A DNA stretch of 64,000 nt. It comes from Malacoraja senta. Taxonomy: Eukaryota. A program made the translations under genes and the position numbers. Of the stretch, positions 24,665 through 36,760 are shown one piece after another. The DNA is taken from positions 18,600,001 to 18,664,000 of the forward strand of contig CM075989.1 in assembly GCA_038087875.1 (NCBI GenBank), written 5' to 3'. The notes below the pieces were generated by a model that was given only the letters and a program-made list of their open reading frames with translations, was not told where the DNA came from and did no database searches. Positions within the stretch are counted from its first letter, which is position 1, and each line of letters begins with the position of its first letter.

Positions 24665-25255
24665 GGGTGGTGCCAGCAATGGCTGCCTCGCCAACAGTCT
24701 GTCTGTCCCTTCCTTTGTTGTTTGTTTGTATGTGTTAAATGTATATTCTTTAGCTTGTTTTATGTTGGGGGACTGGGGGAAACTTGTTCTAATTTCTTAC
24801 CTCGACGGAGATGCGGGTTTTTTTTCCCGTATCGTATCTCCGTCCGCACTGCGGCCTAACATCGAGGAGTTGGCAGCCTTTGCTGGAGATCGACTTCGAG
24901 AGCTCCACTGCGGGAGTTTGCGGGACTTTAACATTGCGGAGCTCGCGGTGTCTGGTTAGAGACCGACTTCGGGACCTCCAAGCCGCAGGAGCTTCGACCA
25001 CGCCTGCTGCGGGAGCTTGAAACGCCCCCACTACGGATGGTTTGACTACCCCGACTGTGGGAGAATAAAAGAGGAAGAAGTTTGGACTTGATTGCCTTCC
25101 ATCATAGTGAGGAACGTGACAAATCCGCTATGGTGGATGTTTATGTTAACTTTTATTTAGTTGTGTGTCTTGTTGCGTTTTTGTAGTATGGCTGTATGGT
25201 AATTTGAATTTCACTGTAGCTTAATTGGTACACGTGACAATCCACTGACCTTGAA
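24665..25255 (+). mobile_element. CpG-rich non-autonomous element with a Rex1-like 3' tail
   Basis: Internal GCGGGAGC(T)TCG-like subrepeats; tail TTTCACTGTA...GGTACACGTGACAAT shared with the Rex1 fragment at 22200-22235. Confidence 0.55.
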
Positions 25256-25504
25256 GCTTTGTAGGGCAGTGGGAAATAAAAATTGGTGAATTTTGGTTTT
25301 CCACCTTTCAACTTATCAAAACAAGTTGAAAAATATAGGCTGTTTGGACCTCTGCTCTGGCCTACCCACATTCCTGATCCCAGCTCCAGACATACCTCCA
25401 GTCCATGCTATGGAATTCTGCCTTCGGCTGCACACCCTACTATGCACTCTGGATCCTCGGCTCACACAATAGACAATTGAGTGAACAAATGCTGAACTAG
25501 CGGA

Positions 25505-26160
25505 GTCCTCCCACACTCCAAAGACATACAGGTATGTAGGTTAATTAAACTATACTAAAGTATAGGGAATGGCCAGAGTGGCAGGCATCCTGAACGATAC
25601 TTCCAGCGCACGTGTAGATGGAGGGAAGTGATGAGCTTGTGATGGACTGGGCTGTGTTCACCAGGTTCAGGCAGTCAAGAGCAGAGCAGCTGCCATGCCA
25701 GGCTGAAATGCAACCTGTCAGAACACCACCTAAACACATGTAGAATTCTGGGACAATTCTCATGGATATGCCAAATCTTCTCGAGCTCTGAAGAAAGTAA
25801 ATACGCTGATGCGCTTTCTTGATCAGTGTGAAGGTGCCTGGTTGGGTTGCTGGTGCAATGGATGTCTAGGAACTTAAAGCAAATGAGGGCAGGAGACTGT
25901 TGCTGAAAGAAGTCGATGAAGCTTGTGGCTGGTTGATTGGCGCACACATCTAAGGACTCCATCCAGGCTAGCTGCTTCCCAAGAAATTACCCTTGTGAAA
26001 GCAGAACTGACTTCTGCAGTGAACATGTATGTGACAAAGCTAATGGGACCTGCAAATTGTACAAGGATGTAGGACTAGAACTAGTGTGTGGGTGATCGCT
26101 CACCGGTGTGAACACGGTGGGCCATAGAGCCAGTTTCCACGCTGTATCTCCAAACTAAAG
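25505..26160. mobile_element. V-SINE (+) split by a minus-strand Rex1-like fragment (about 25560-25880)
   Basis: SINE core at 25508-25546 and SINE tail at 26054-26159 lie on either side of Rex1-like sequence. Confidence 0.6.
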
Positions 26161-26445
26161 GTTTGCCTATTTAAAACATATGAATGTTAGAATATTGGAG
26201 TTTTGCTGTACCTATAATTCTATAACTGCAGATTTTTTGATTTCCAAAGGAGAGAAAACACATTTGCATCATTTATATTCATAACCAGCCTCTCACTGCT
26301 GCTGACTCATTTTATAGAGATTAATCTTTGTGGTATCTTAAGTAAATTGCGAGAATGAAACAAAAACAGACATTGTTGGAAACTCTCAGCAATTCGTTTT
26401 AAAACTGTTTGTTTTGATTGCAGTTTTCTTCCCTTTTCTGCATAG

Positions 26446-26584
26446 GTAATCAGTTATTGACAGCTACAGATCATCTACAGTTATGGTCGCCTCCCTCAAG
26501 TGATGCTCTCGAGGAAGAGAGTAGTTCTGAAGAATGCAAATTACAACCAGATTTAAATGACTGGAAATGTATCTGGCAGTGCAA
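26446..26584 (+). CDS. DMXL2: DMXL2 exon 5 (NQLLTATDHLQLWSPP...DWKCIWQC)
   Basis: tag|GT...AA|gtaagt, 139 nt, phase 1-2. Confidence 0.92.
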
Positions 26585-27269
26585 GTAAGTGCAAACTAAC
26601 ATGATCAAGTTTTTGTTTGACTCTTAATTTATTGTCCTACGGCAGTTATTTAATCTATTAGCCTGGGCATTTTGCTTTGGAATAGTGTCATTTTCTACCG
26701 GAGTTGACAAATAAGATGTTAATAAAGATTCTCATGAAAGGTGCCACTTCTGGAAGCCACGTCTAGTTATCTTTTTTTCTCACTGTACTTCTGATGCTGG
26801 TTTTGTGTGAAGACAGTCTTCTCAGTATTTCACAAAAGGTTTACATCTTACAAAGTTTATGGCTGGAAACTTATATCTCCATCCAAGATTTTGGCACCCC
26901 TCTAAGTGAGACTTTTGTGTGCAAGGTAATTAAGAGAGAGTAAACTGGCTTAAAATTGAGCCTTGGTTTTCAGCAACATTTATACAAGTAATCAGCCCCT
27001 ACAAGCTGCCGACTCATTTTGTAGGGATTGGTCTTGGTGGTATTTTAAGAGGAAGTAAATCTAACTGCGAGAGTGGAACAAAAACAGGCAATGCTTGAAA
27101 CACTCAGCCAGTCAGGCAGCATTTGTGAAGAAATAAATTGTTAACATGTCTGGTTGAATTATTTTTGAATTGCAATCACTTTTGTAATACAGAATCTGCA
27201 ATAGGCCATGTGGACTTGGCAAGGACCCAAAAGGAGCAACACCAGAATATTGCATCATCTATTTTAGAG

Positions 27270-27612
27270 TCATTTAGTTGTACAGCACGGTATCAGGCCC
27301 TTCGGAACAACTTGTCCCTGCCATCCGAGATGCCACATTTATTCCAGTCCTATCTGCTTGCATTTGGCTCGTATCTCTCTAAACCTTCCCTATCCATGTA
27401 CGTGTCCAAATGCCTTTTAAATGTTTAGTTTGGTTTAGTTTAGAGATGCACCATGGAAATGGGCCCTATGGCTCACCGATACATACCGATGATCGATCTA
27501 GTTCACTAGTTATAGTCCTACAGGCTATGGATAATTTGCAGAAGCGAATTAATCTTCAAACCTGCACATCTTTAGAGCATGGGAAGAAATCAGAGCACCC
27601 AGAGGAAACCCA
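27270..27612 (-). mobile_element. CR1 tail plus V-SINE fragment
   Basis: Similar to other copies in the window. Confidence 0.65.
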
Positions 27613-28149
27613 TTGACATCCCTTTCTATGAAACAAAGGAAAAAGGCACAATTACTAGAAAATGTGGGTAGTGCATATTTGGATTGTCATATTATGAGAG
27701 AGTAGTGTAATTTAAAATCTACCTTTCCTATGGTGTGATTTTATTTAATACAAACTCATATTTTCTTGAGAATAATATATAAACTTACCTATGAAGTTGG
27801 ACCAGTAGCAAATAACCAGTAACAAGACACTTTAAATTTCATTGAACTTTTTTGTAATATTGAGAAGCTTTATTGCTAAACCCTTATCTTTGCATAATAT
27901 GGTGGAAGAAAATAGAAAATTCTTTTGTCGGTATAGTAATGAATAAATTGAGGGATTTGCATTTATATTGTAGATTCCAGGATGCTATGCATCTAATAAA
28001 ATAGTTTTAGTGTTTTCAGTGTTATAATGTAAATTGCCAAGAGTAGGCTCAGTAATAGATATGAGATAATAATGAAATAATATAGTGATAAATATTAGCC
28101 TGGGCATTTTACTTTGGAATAGTGTGATTGCTTTTCTCTTCACATCTAT

Positions 28150-28330
28150 CTTAGATGACAAATAGGATGTCAGTAAGAATTCTCATCTGAAAGGTGGCAA
28201 GTATAACAGCACAATACTGCCTCAGTGTTAAAGTGTCAATCTAAATTATGTGCTTAATGCTTAGTGTTACATGAATCCTTAACATACTGACTCGAGAGCT
28301 GAGCATGCCACCACTATGTCATGGCTGATA
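28150..28330 (-). mobile_element. DeuSINE-like relic
   Basis: tctcatctgaaaggtggca...cagcac...ctcagt...gtgtcaatctaaattatgtgct...ctgactc resembles the recalled Deu/SacSINE1 consensus. Confidence 0.55.
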
Positions 28331-28504
28331 CTTTTAAAAATCTATGTCTAAAATGAATTAATAAGTTTTCAAAAATACTCTTTACTGCTCTATTTGACAT
28401 AATTGACTATTGGAACAGGTACAAAATTACATAAATATTTGTGTTTAATGTTGGAATCAATTGTTTAAATGTACAACATTAATGTATTTTATTCTGCTTC
28501 TTAG

Positions 28505-28571
28505 GACTGCTATTCCAATATATCTCATGAAGTGGTCCCCTGATGGTGAATATTTTGCAACAGCAGGAAAG
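28505..28571 (+). CDS. DMXL2: DMXL2 exon 6 (TAIPIYLMKWSPDGEYFATAGK)
   Basis: tag|G...AAG|gtaaga, 67 nt, phase 2-0. Confidence 0.93.
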
Positions 28572-28762
28572 GTAAGATTTTGACAAACACTTTTTAATAT
28601 TTGAGCAGAAGCATTGAATTTTGTTTTGGCATTAACTGTAAATAAAATGTTGAAGCAAAATTAATTAAGCTGCAGAAGTAAGATTACTCGGTGTGCTTGT
28701 GGAAGGATTCGTATTTTGCATTTGTTTATAACATGTGTGAATACATTTTGTTTTCCATGCAG

Positions 28763-28941
28763 GATGACTCCCTTCTGAAAGTATGGTATCTGACCATGGG
28801 CTGGAAATCTGCAGTTATAGTTGGAGAAATTCTAGGGGAAAGAAGTATTTCTACAGCTGTAGGCTTCTCCTTTATATATTTGGCACATCCTCGTGCAGTA
28901 ACAGGATTTTCATGGCGGAAGACCAGTAAATATATGCCAAG
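28763..28941 (+). CDS. DMXL2: DMXL2 exon 7 (DDSLLKVWY...LAHPRAVTGFSWRKTSKYMP)
   Basis: cag|GAT...AG|gttaga, 179 nt; overlaps ORF 28691-28972. Confidence 0.94.
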
Positions 28942-29299
28942 GTTAGAGCTGTGCTTGGATTCATTATTGTAAAGGCAATTTCATATTTGTCTTTTAACAT
29001 GCCGATCAGTCCAAAATCATAGGAAGGCTCAACTGAGTGTAATTTCAAAAGAGAGCAGGGCGCCGGTGGAAATTGACATGCCACAGTGCTGGTAGAGGTT
29101 GTTTTCCCGAGTTCAGATTAAGACATGTATATTAAGCTGGTTTTGAGTTGGCAAAATCACTTAGCACAGTGATTGAGGGCAGTGGACTTGTTCTCAACTC
29201 GCTAGGTTTATTCTGGGGAAGGTCAGAGACGAGTTTGACACTTAATTAATAGTAGCTTTGTATGGATATTTGGTCTGGTGTGAGGCATGTAAACAACAT

Positions 29300-30140
29300 G
29301 CCCTGCCTAACGTAGCTGACCGAAGAGGCCTCTAATGTTTGTTTGCTTATCCATGCATTAAGTTTGCATGATTTGTAGAGACAAAGTAGATGACATTTTT
29401 CTCGTGCCTGGAAATACCTGTTGACGACAGTTCTGGCTTCAGAAGCATTTCGGAAGGCAAAGAATTCAGCTGCCTCGAAGATTATAACCTCAGTGCCAAG
29501 CCTTGAGGTCTTGGTTTTTGAATTGTTTTATCGTAGCAATGTTGGCTGTCAATGAAAGATGTGGGAAGTGGTTCACATTTTCCCAGGGTCTTGCTTTGTT
29601 ATTGGAGGGCAATGTGGTACAAAGGGTTTGAGGGCAGGGGTCAATTGTGGAGAAAGTGTTAGTAGAGTACCATTTTCATGTATATGCTCCATGCTCTCGT
29701 GCTTCAGTGAACACGTTGACAGTGGTTTAGAGGGCAACCACCAAGTTTGCACAAACGCAAGACCGGCGGTAATCTCTGAAAATTGTCCTCAATTCTGAAC
29801 TGTGTCCTGGCAAGAGATGAGCAGGTAGATAGAGGAAGAGATTCAATAACGTGTTCAAATCCTGGCAACATCCCCACTGACTTCTTAGAATCTCTGGTCC
29901 AAGAATTGTCAAGTTGAAAACGAGCATTGAAGATGTTATTGACAACCTTGGCATGCTTCTGGTGCATACTGAAACCCTACATGAGTGGCAGAAGAAGTGC
30001 ACCATATCAGAAACTATCCACTTGCCTTCCCTGTCAGGCACCACCTATCCCATTAGTGGAAGAACGGTGATTCCCACATCAGCCTGCTCAGAACTCTCAA
30101 ACCTAGAGTGGATGCATCATCCTTTATCCCAAGAGACCAT
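29300..30140 (-). mobile_element. Highly decayed RTE-clade LINE RT region
   Basis: Frameshifted remnants resembling NV..FP.L and DQDLK.GT...ASE...RH motifs. Confidence 0.45.
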
Positions 30141-30516
30141 CCAAGAAGTATAATATCAGATGTGAAGAGAATTGTGCTCCATTATAATTGCCTATCTAGT
30201 TGAATAATTTGTATTGTTGTGGAGACTTGAACAATAATTTGCCTGAATTATTAGTGGTTGTCTGTCATATGTGGAATTGCACCTTATGGAATGGTGGAAA
30301 AGAAACAAAAACTCTTAAACAAAGGTATTTAAAAATTAAAATACAAGAAGTGCTTTTTTTTTAATTTTATGAAATAATAAAAGCAGATGGTCATTTACTT
30401 ACCACTCTAGAAATGTGACCAGGTGCCTCCCGGCAGGTGTCACTTTATCATACCTAACAAGGTTTCTGTATCAGTTACGGATTGGATAATACCATTAAAT
30501 CTGCAGTGTTGCCTAA

Positions 30517-30680
30517 AGGGCCTATCCAACTTGCGCGATTTTTTTCGGTGACTCGCCGGCACCCATCATAGTCGCAGCAGATTGCTGAAAATTTTCAACA
30601 TTGAAAATCCAGCGGCGACCAAAGAAAGGTACGACTCGTTGGGCAATTACTCACCACCAAGCAGACGTCACCCCACGATT
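30517..30680 (+). mobile_element. Harbinger-like MITE left end, partial
   Basis: TAA|AGGGCCTATCCAACTTG terminus, CpG-rich, internal TTTTCAACATTGAAAA near-palindrome; partner TIR not seen. Confidence 0.45.
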
Positions 30681-31394
30681 TTGACAATAGGTCTTATCTA
30701 ATCCAAATAACAAAACGGGCCCAGAGTGGGACCCTGAGACTACTTGTCTGTTTTTTCCACACCCCTCCCCCACCACTCCATCCCACCATCTCCCTCAAGT
30801 CTGTCCAGGTGATCGATTTTCAAACATGAAAATGTGTAATATTCATTCAGTGACACGTGAGGCATCGAAATAAGCAGCCGATGACCAACAAGTTTGCCGG
30901 TTGATGCAGTAATTCGGCAGGACCAAGATTTCCCTGCTGTCGTATGCCGTATTACAAAGCATTAAAGAACAAGTGAATAGCACTAGATACAAAGATTACA
31001 GGAGAAATTGTACCTCTTACCATTTGAGACTTTCCTGGGAACCATTTGCAAAGTACACTTTTCTGTCTATTATATAATGTTTTTGCACTTCTCTGGATGG
31101 TCTCGTGCACTTGGAAAGGACATCAGATATTAAAGTGCTGAAATTTAATCTCAAGGGTGGAGGTGAAAGAACAGGGGAGGCTTTAATGTTCTTGTCCATG
31201 AAGCATCCGTCTATATCTGATATAACAGGTCTTTGGATAGAGTTTCAGTTAAAAATAGATACAAAATAACATTTTGCAGCCAATATAATTTGCATTGTTT
31301 TGCGAAGTTGGATTTTCAGGATTGAATTTGCTGTAAAATGCTACCAACAGTAAGCGTTATTGAGTTACAGATTTCAACATACAAGCACGTACTC

Positions 31395-31848
31395 TGTTCT
31401 TAAAAAGACAAAAAATGCAGGAGTAACCCAGTGCCCAAGCAGCTTCTCTGGAGAATGTGGATAGGTGATGTTTTGGGTTGAGGCACTTTTTCAGACCTAG
31501 TATAGTGGGAGAGGGAGGGGGGGGGAGCTGAAAGAGGAGGGGTCGGACAAAGCCTGGCGAGCGATAGGTGGATACAGGTGAGGAGGCTTTTTGATAGGCA
31601 GATGGTTGGAAAAAGGCCAGAGATGAAAAGAGAAAAGGTGAGAGAGGTGAGAATTGTGAAGCCAGAGGAAGGAATGTAAGGAGAAGGGTAGAAATGGGCA
31701 CAAATCGGGTACGTCACATGAAAGGGAGGGGAGGAAGGAAGGATTGCTGTAGGTTAGTTGACTAAAACTGGAGAATTCAATGTTCGTACCGTTGTGTTGC
31801 AATCTACTCGTGTGGAATATGAAGTGCTGTTCAAGTGTTTCATTGAAA
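31395..31848 (-). mobile_element. Penelope-like retroelement 3' end: GIY-YIG C-terminus, pyrimidine-rich UTR and decayed hammerhead core
   Basis: Minus-strand peptide LEQHFIFHTSRLQHNGTNIEFS at about 31765-31835, followed by the same repeat as 950-1045. Confidence 0.75.
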
Positions 31849-32357
31849 CATGCCATAGAGGGAGTACAGAGAAGGTTCACCAGACTGATTCCTGGGATGT
31901 CAGGACTTTCATATGAAGAAAGACTGGATAGACTCGGCTTGTACTCGCTAGAATTTAGAAGATTGAGGGGGGATCTTATAGAAACGTACAAAATTCTTAA
32001 GGGGTTGGACAGGCTAGATGCAGGAAGATTGTTCCCGATGTTGGGGAAGTCCAGAACAAGGGGTCACAGTTTAAGGATAAGGGGGAAATCTTTTAGGACC
32101 GAGATGAGAAAAACATTTTTCATACAGTGAAATCTGTGAAAATTTCTGCCACAGAAGGTAGTTGAGGCCAGTTCATTGGCTATATTTAAGAGGGAGTTAG
32201 ATGTGGCCCTTGTGGCTAAAGGGATCAGGGGGTATGGAGAGAAGGCAGGGATGGGATACTGAGTTGGATGATCAGCCATGATCATATTGAAGGGCGGTGC
32301 AGGCTCGAAGGGCCGAATGGCCTCTACTCCTGCTCCTATTGTCTATGTTTCTATGTT
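31849..32357 (+). mobile_element. CR1 3' fragment, same family as the 5563 and 8057 copies
   Basis: AIEGVQRRFTRLIPGMSGLSYEERL...; TTCTATGT tail. Confidence 0.92.
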
Positions 32358-32756
32358 TTCTACACATGGAACTGTGGTTTGCAGTTCACCAACCATCTGC
32401 TTGCTAATCCTGCACAAGATGAGACAAGGCATAAGAAGAGTATCCATTAATTTCACTGATGCAATATGTTGTAAGCATGAAGTGATTATTATGCAGGTTA
32501 TGATTTTCTTTCTAGGGAAATGATTTTAGTGCATTTTAATCCTTTTGTTTTATTTCATTTGTTTCTGTTTGTCAAGTGCATTTGATGCATCTCAAAGATA
32601 ATGAATTAATGCGAGTCAGTCATGAGTGATTGTAGCTTGCTAGTGGCAGCAAGATATGGCCTTTAGTAATCTGTTACTGAAAAATTCCTCATAAAATAGA
32701 AGGGTACTTTCGACATTGGATTTGGAGTACCGATGATTTCACGGTTTTCTTCTCAG

Positions 32757-32940
32757 GAGCTCAGTGTGCAATGTGCTTCTGACTTCATGTCGAGATGGTG
32801 TCTGCCGGCTGTGGGCGGAAACATTATTGCCAGAAGATAGTCTTTTTGGAGGACAAATGGCGGAGACCACTATCAATACCTCAACCACCAACCTTTCTCA
32901 TGGTGGAAGTCAGAAAGACAAAATCCACCATGCTTTAGAG
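32757..32940 (+). CDS. DMXL2: DMXL2 exon 8 (SSVCNVLLTSCRDGVCRLWAETLLPED...HHALE)
   Basis: cag|G...GAG|gtaatt, 184 nt, phase 2-0. Confidence 0.94.
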
Positions 32941-33105
32941 GTAATTATTTCCAAATCTAAAAAAAATTGAAAGTACAGAGTAAAATAGATGTTATGTAAA
33001 TGTAGTTCATTTAATGTGCATCAAATATATATTTAGTTTGTATATTCCATGTTTTGACAGCTTAATGCTCGAAGAACCTTTAAAACAAATCCTACTCTAT
33101 CTGAA

Positions 33106-33309
33106 TGTTTAAGAAGGAACTGCAGATGTTGGAAAATCGAAGGTAGACAAAAATGCTGGAGAAACTCAGCGGGTGAGGCAGCATCTATGGAGCGAAGGAA
33201 ATAGGCAACGTTTTGGGTCTGAAGAAGGGTTTCGACCCGAAACGTTGCCTATTTCCTTCGCTCTATTGATGCTGCCTCACCCGCTGAGTTTCTCCAGCAT
33301 GTTTGTCTA
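33106..33309. mobile_element. Penelope-like fold-back element, subfamily 2
   Basis: About 79-bp arms (33141-33219 and 33234-33312); TSD CCTA(C/G)TCTATCTGAA at 33091-33105 and 33310-33324. Confidence 0.8.
33215..33250 (+). ncRNA. Putative minimal type I hammerhead ribozyme, second subfamily
   Basis: GGGU-CUGAAGA-A-GGGU(UUCG)ACCC-GAAAC-GUU-GCCU; stem I GGGU/GCCU is possible. Confidence 0.6.
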
Positions 33310-33494
33310 CCTAGTCTATCTGAAATTGTAGTGTATAGGAAACAAATGTGCCTATTGTTCTAACATTGAAATAAGTCTGTGTAATTTCAATGTGGTGTAC
33401 TTATAAAGAAGTCACACAAACTTGAGGTCCCTTGCCATCAGTATGTGCACAGTCTACTCATTCTATTGGTGTTCTGTCAGTGTCTTTGAATATA

Positions 33495-33728
33495 CAGTGC
33501 CCTCCATTATGTTTGGGACAAAGACCCATCATTTATTTATTTGCCTCTGTACTCCACAATTTGAGATTTGTAATAGAAAAAATCACATGTGGTTAAAGTG
33601 CACATTGTCAGATTTTATCAAAGGGTATTTTTATACATTTGCTTTCACCATTTAAATACCCTTAAATAAAATCTGACAATGTGCACTTTAACCACATGTG
33701 ATTTTTTTTCTATTACATATCTCAATTT
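33495..33728. mobile_element. Tc1/mariner-type internally deleted element
   Basis: TA|CAGTG terminus; about 60-bp inner inverted repeat (33559-33618 and 33666-33728); right end truncated. Confidence 0.7.
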
Positions 33729-34019
33729 CGAAAAGATGTGTAGTCATTTGAAAATATAAATAACATATTACAAAGTCTGGCATTATGAAACAAAAGCATA
33801 CCATTTGATAAAGATACATTGAATTTTCAACCACTAATATTTTGTAGATGCCAACAATGACATCTTTAAAATGAGTAAACTTTGCACGTACTGAAGTTAT
33901 ACATTTCAATAAGGTTACCTTGGTTATATGTACATCACACGCCAGTTTCAAATTCGGAGCAGGCAAGTATATTTATTTCCTATAAAATCTTGCATTTTCG
34001 TAGGAAATATTATTGACAC

Positions 34020-34380
34020 AAGCAACAGCAGATGCTAATTTACACAAAAAACCTCCATAAATTGCTGGAGTATCTTGGTGGACCAGGCAGCATCTTTGAA
34101 GAAAATAGATGGGTGACTTTTCAGTCAGGACCCTTCAGACTGATTGTGTAGGGGGGGAGAAAGCTTAATGTAGTGGGGACGTGACAAAACCCTGTCAAAT
34201 GATAGGTGGATACAGGTGAGCAGGGGTTGATTGGCAGATGGGTGGACAAAGGCTAGAGACGAGACATGGAAAAGAGACAAAAGGGTGTAAGGTAAGGAGA
34301 GAAGAAATGTAAAGCCAGAGGAAGGGATACAGGTGAAAGGGGATGGAGGGTCACGATAGTGGGTGAAATGGGTGCACTAA
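34020..34380 (-). mobile_element. Penelope-like 3' UTR fragment
   Basis: Homologous to 31395-31720. Confidence 0.7.
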
Positions 34381-34837
34381 ATATTTTTGCATGGGCTGGT
34401 ACAGACTGCAGGAGAGTAAGTCCGGAAAGTCGCAGGCCTTGATGTTTGACCTCAGAACACCCACCCTTCGTTTTGGCTTGGCTGCAGCAAACATGAGATC
34501 TGGGCTGGATCAAGCATAATTTGTTTCCTTTTTGTCAGGATTTTCAGGCAACCTTTGCCATTATATTATCCTTTGTATGTTTAGTATTATCCTTGGGGAA
34601 GAGCAGGTTGAAAAATACTTTGTTGATAAAGGGCTGCATATATAAGTAGCTTATTGAAATTTTGGCAATTGTCACTGGTATAAATTGCTACAATATAAGA
34701 TTGTCATCAATTAGACAAGCTTAGTTGCATTTAAACTGTATTGATCCAAACTAGGTGTTTGCTAAAGCATTAATGACCTTAAATTCTTACATGAATACTT
34801 GTTCATTGATTAACTGGATTGATAATATATTTTGCAG

Positions 34838-35009
34838 ACAATTCATCATTTGAAGCATCTCAGTGGCCGTCGCAGGTCCTCAGTCCTGACTGCCCATATG
34901 GAAGTTTTGCCAAACCAGCTTGGATCACATGAAGTCCACAGACAAATATCGCATTATGCTAATCCACTATGTCACTTTCATATTGCGGCAAGCATTAATC
35001 CGAATACAG
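34838..35009 (+). CDS. DMXL2: DMXL2 exon 9 (TIHHLKHLSGRRRSSVL...HFHIAASINPNT)
   Basis: cag|ACA...G|gttgga, 172 nt, phase 0-1. Confidence 0.92.
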
Positions 35010-35461
35010 GTTGGAATCAATAGAACGTACTTTTTTTTTTCCAAGTTAATGTAATCTAAGTTATTTAAATACAAATTGACAAATCAAAGGTAAAAATAAC
35101 TTTCAGTTTAGAAATTCATCTGGCTATTTTAAGAGTAGCTCCTGTGGTATAGATTGACAATCATGCAATGTCAGCTTTCTGGCCCAACAGCATAAAATTC
35201 CCTCCTGGTGTTGTTTTATCTTCAATGACTCTGAAAAGTCCGAGGTTCATGTTTCCATTCAGGCAGGGCCTTAATTTAAACCTTAAAGCCACAATCTGTT
35301 GATTTGTGCAGCAAAATTATTTGGGAAGATGTCATCCTGGTGTGATATTCTCCAACTAAATCTGATGTGTTGTAACAGTTATGTCAGAATAGGCCACTTA
35401 AGGAATATTTCTATTCTTCAGTAAGGCTCTTTAGGTACCATGTAGAATACAGGACTGCTTT

Positions 35462-35554
35462 CCTTCTCTCCAGAGATGCTGCCTGTCCCGCTGAGTTACT
35501 CCAGCATTTTGCGTCTACCTTTGATTTAAACCAGCATCTGCAGTTCTTTCCTAC
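35462..35554 (+). mobile_element. Short Penelope-like 3' end
   Basis: TSD ACAGGACTGCTTT at 35449-35461 and 35555-35567. Confidence 0.8.
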
Positions 35555-36760
35555 ACAGGACTGCTTTTGCTGATTTCCTACCCTGACCTTTCCCCTTCCT
35601 CCTGATAATCAATGTCTTTTAGATATGTCCTTTTTCAGTAGAGATTATTACAGTGCTTATCTTACTCCAACTGCAATCACCTCTCATTCCAATTCTACCT
35701 TTATCCCGTTTCTAGTTCCTGTCTGCCAGCGTTGACATTCTTGCCAGCTTTGACTGGAGCACAACTTCAAAAATTAATAAACGACTTGGTAGATCATTTG
35801 GATATTCCACATTCTTGTTAAAAGTTGTGATATTCTAACAAACTTGATATTTCAAGTAATAAACTCTTTTTACTGAGCTGAAATTTCAGATTTTACTTTT
35901 GTAAGTTACTGAAGTGACAATTGAGGAAAAATTATTTCTACTCTATAGAATTCAGTTCTGAAATCTGTGACTGTTTTCGTAGATTCTCTCAAGGTTTGGT
36001 GGGAACCTAATAAATGGCTGTAAATTCAGTTAGGCTTTGGCCTTGTGGCATATTTTAGGTATGAGATTGTAGCAATTAAGCATTTATGTGTCTATAAAAA
36101 AAAATCCTCATGTAATACTTGTGGGTGGGTGGATGGGTAGAGAGGGGTGGAAAAAACTCCTCAAGACAAGATTTTCTACCTTCAGCGAAGAGCCATAAAA
36201 GTGACACTGGTCTTTAAGGTATTTGACACACTTCGTGAGTGCAATTAAACTTGGGCTCACCTATAAGTTGAGGCTGGAGTTGAAGAAGAATCCAGGGAAA
36301 TGGAGCCGGAAATCTTTGTGGGTATGATCTGCACAACCAATGTCTGGCTCAATGGCCATGCTGATTTGGATCTGGTGTTCTTAAAATTGCTGTTACAAAG
36401 TTTTGAAACCCAGTTCTTGCCAGAAAATTGCAAAGGAACTGTGCATGTTTTATCTAGCTATGAAAGAATTATCTTCAAGAAAGGTATCTTGAGGTTAATT
36501 AAAATACACCACATAGAAGTGCACTTTTATTTCTCTGGCCTTTTTTTTTAGAAAATATTTTTAATTTGAAAATGCTTTGAAAGCATTTGCTTAAACCAAA
36601 CTGAAGCAAAATGCAGCTGCGTTCAAAACATTTTCAATTGTTCCGTTTCAATTTGATGCGTCAGTTTGATTTAATGCAAAATGCAATTTAGATGGAGATG
36701 AATATATTTCTCGGTTTGACGTTGCACTAGAGGAAGCTAATAGTTCAATTGTTATTCCAG

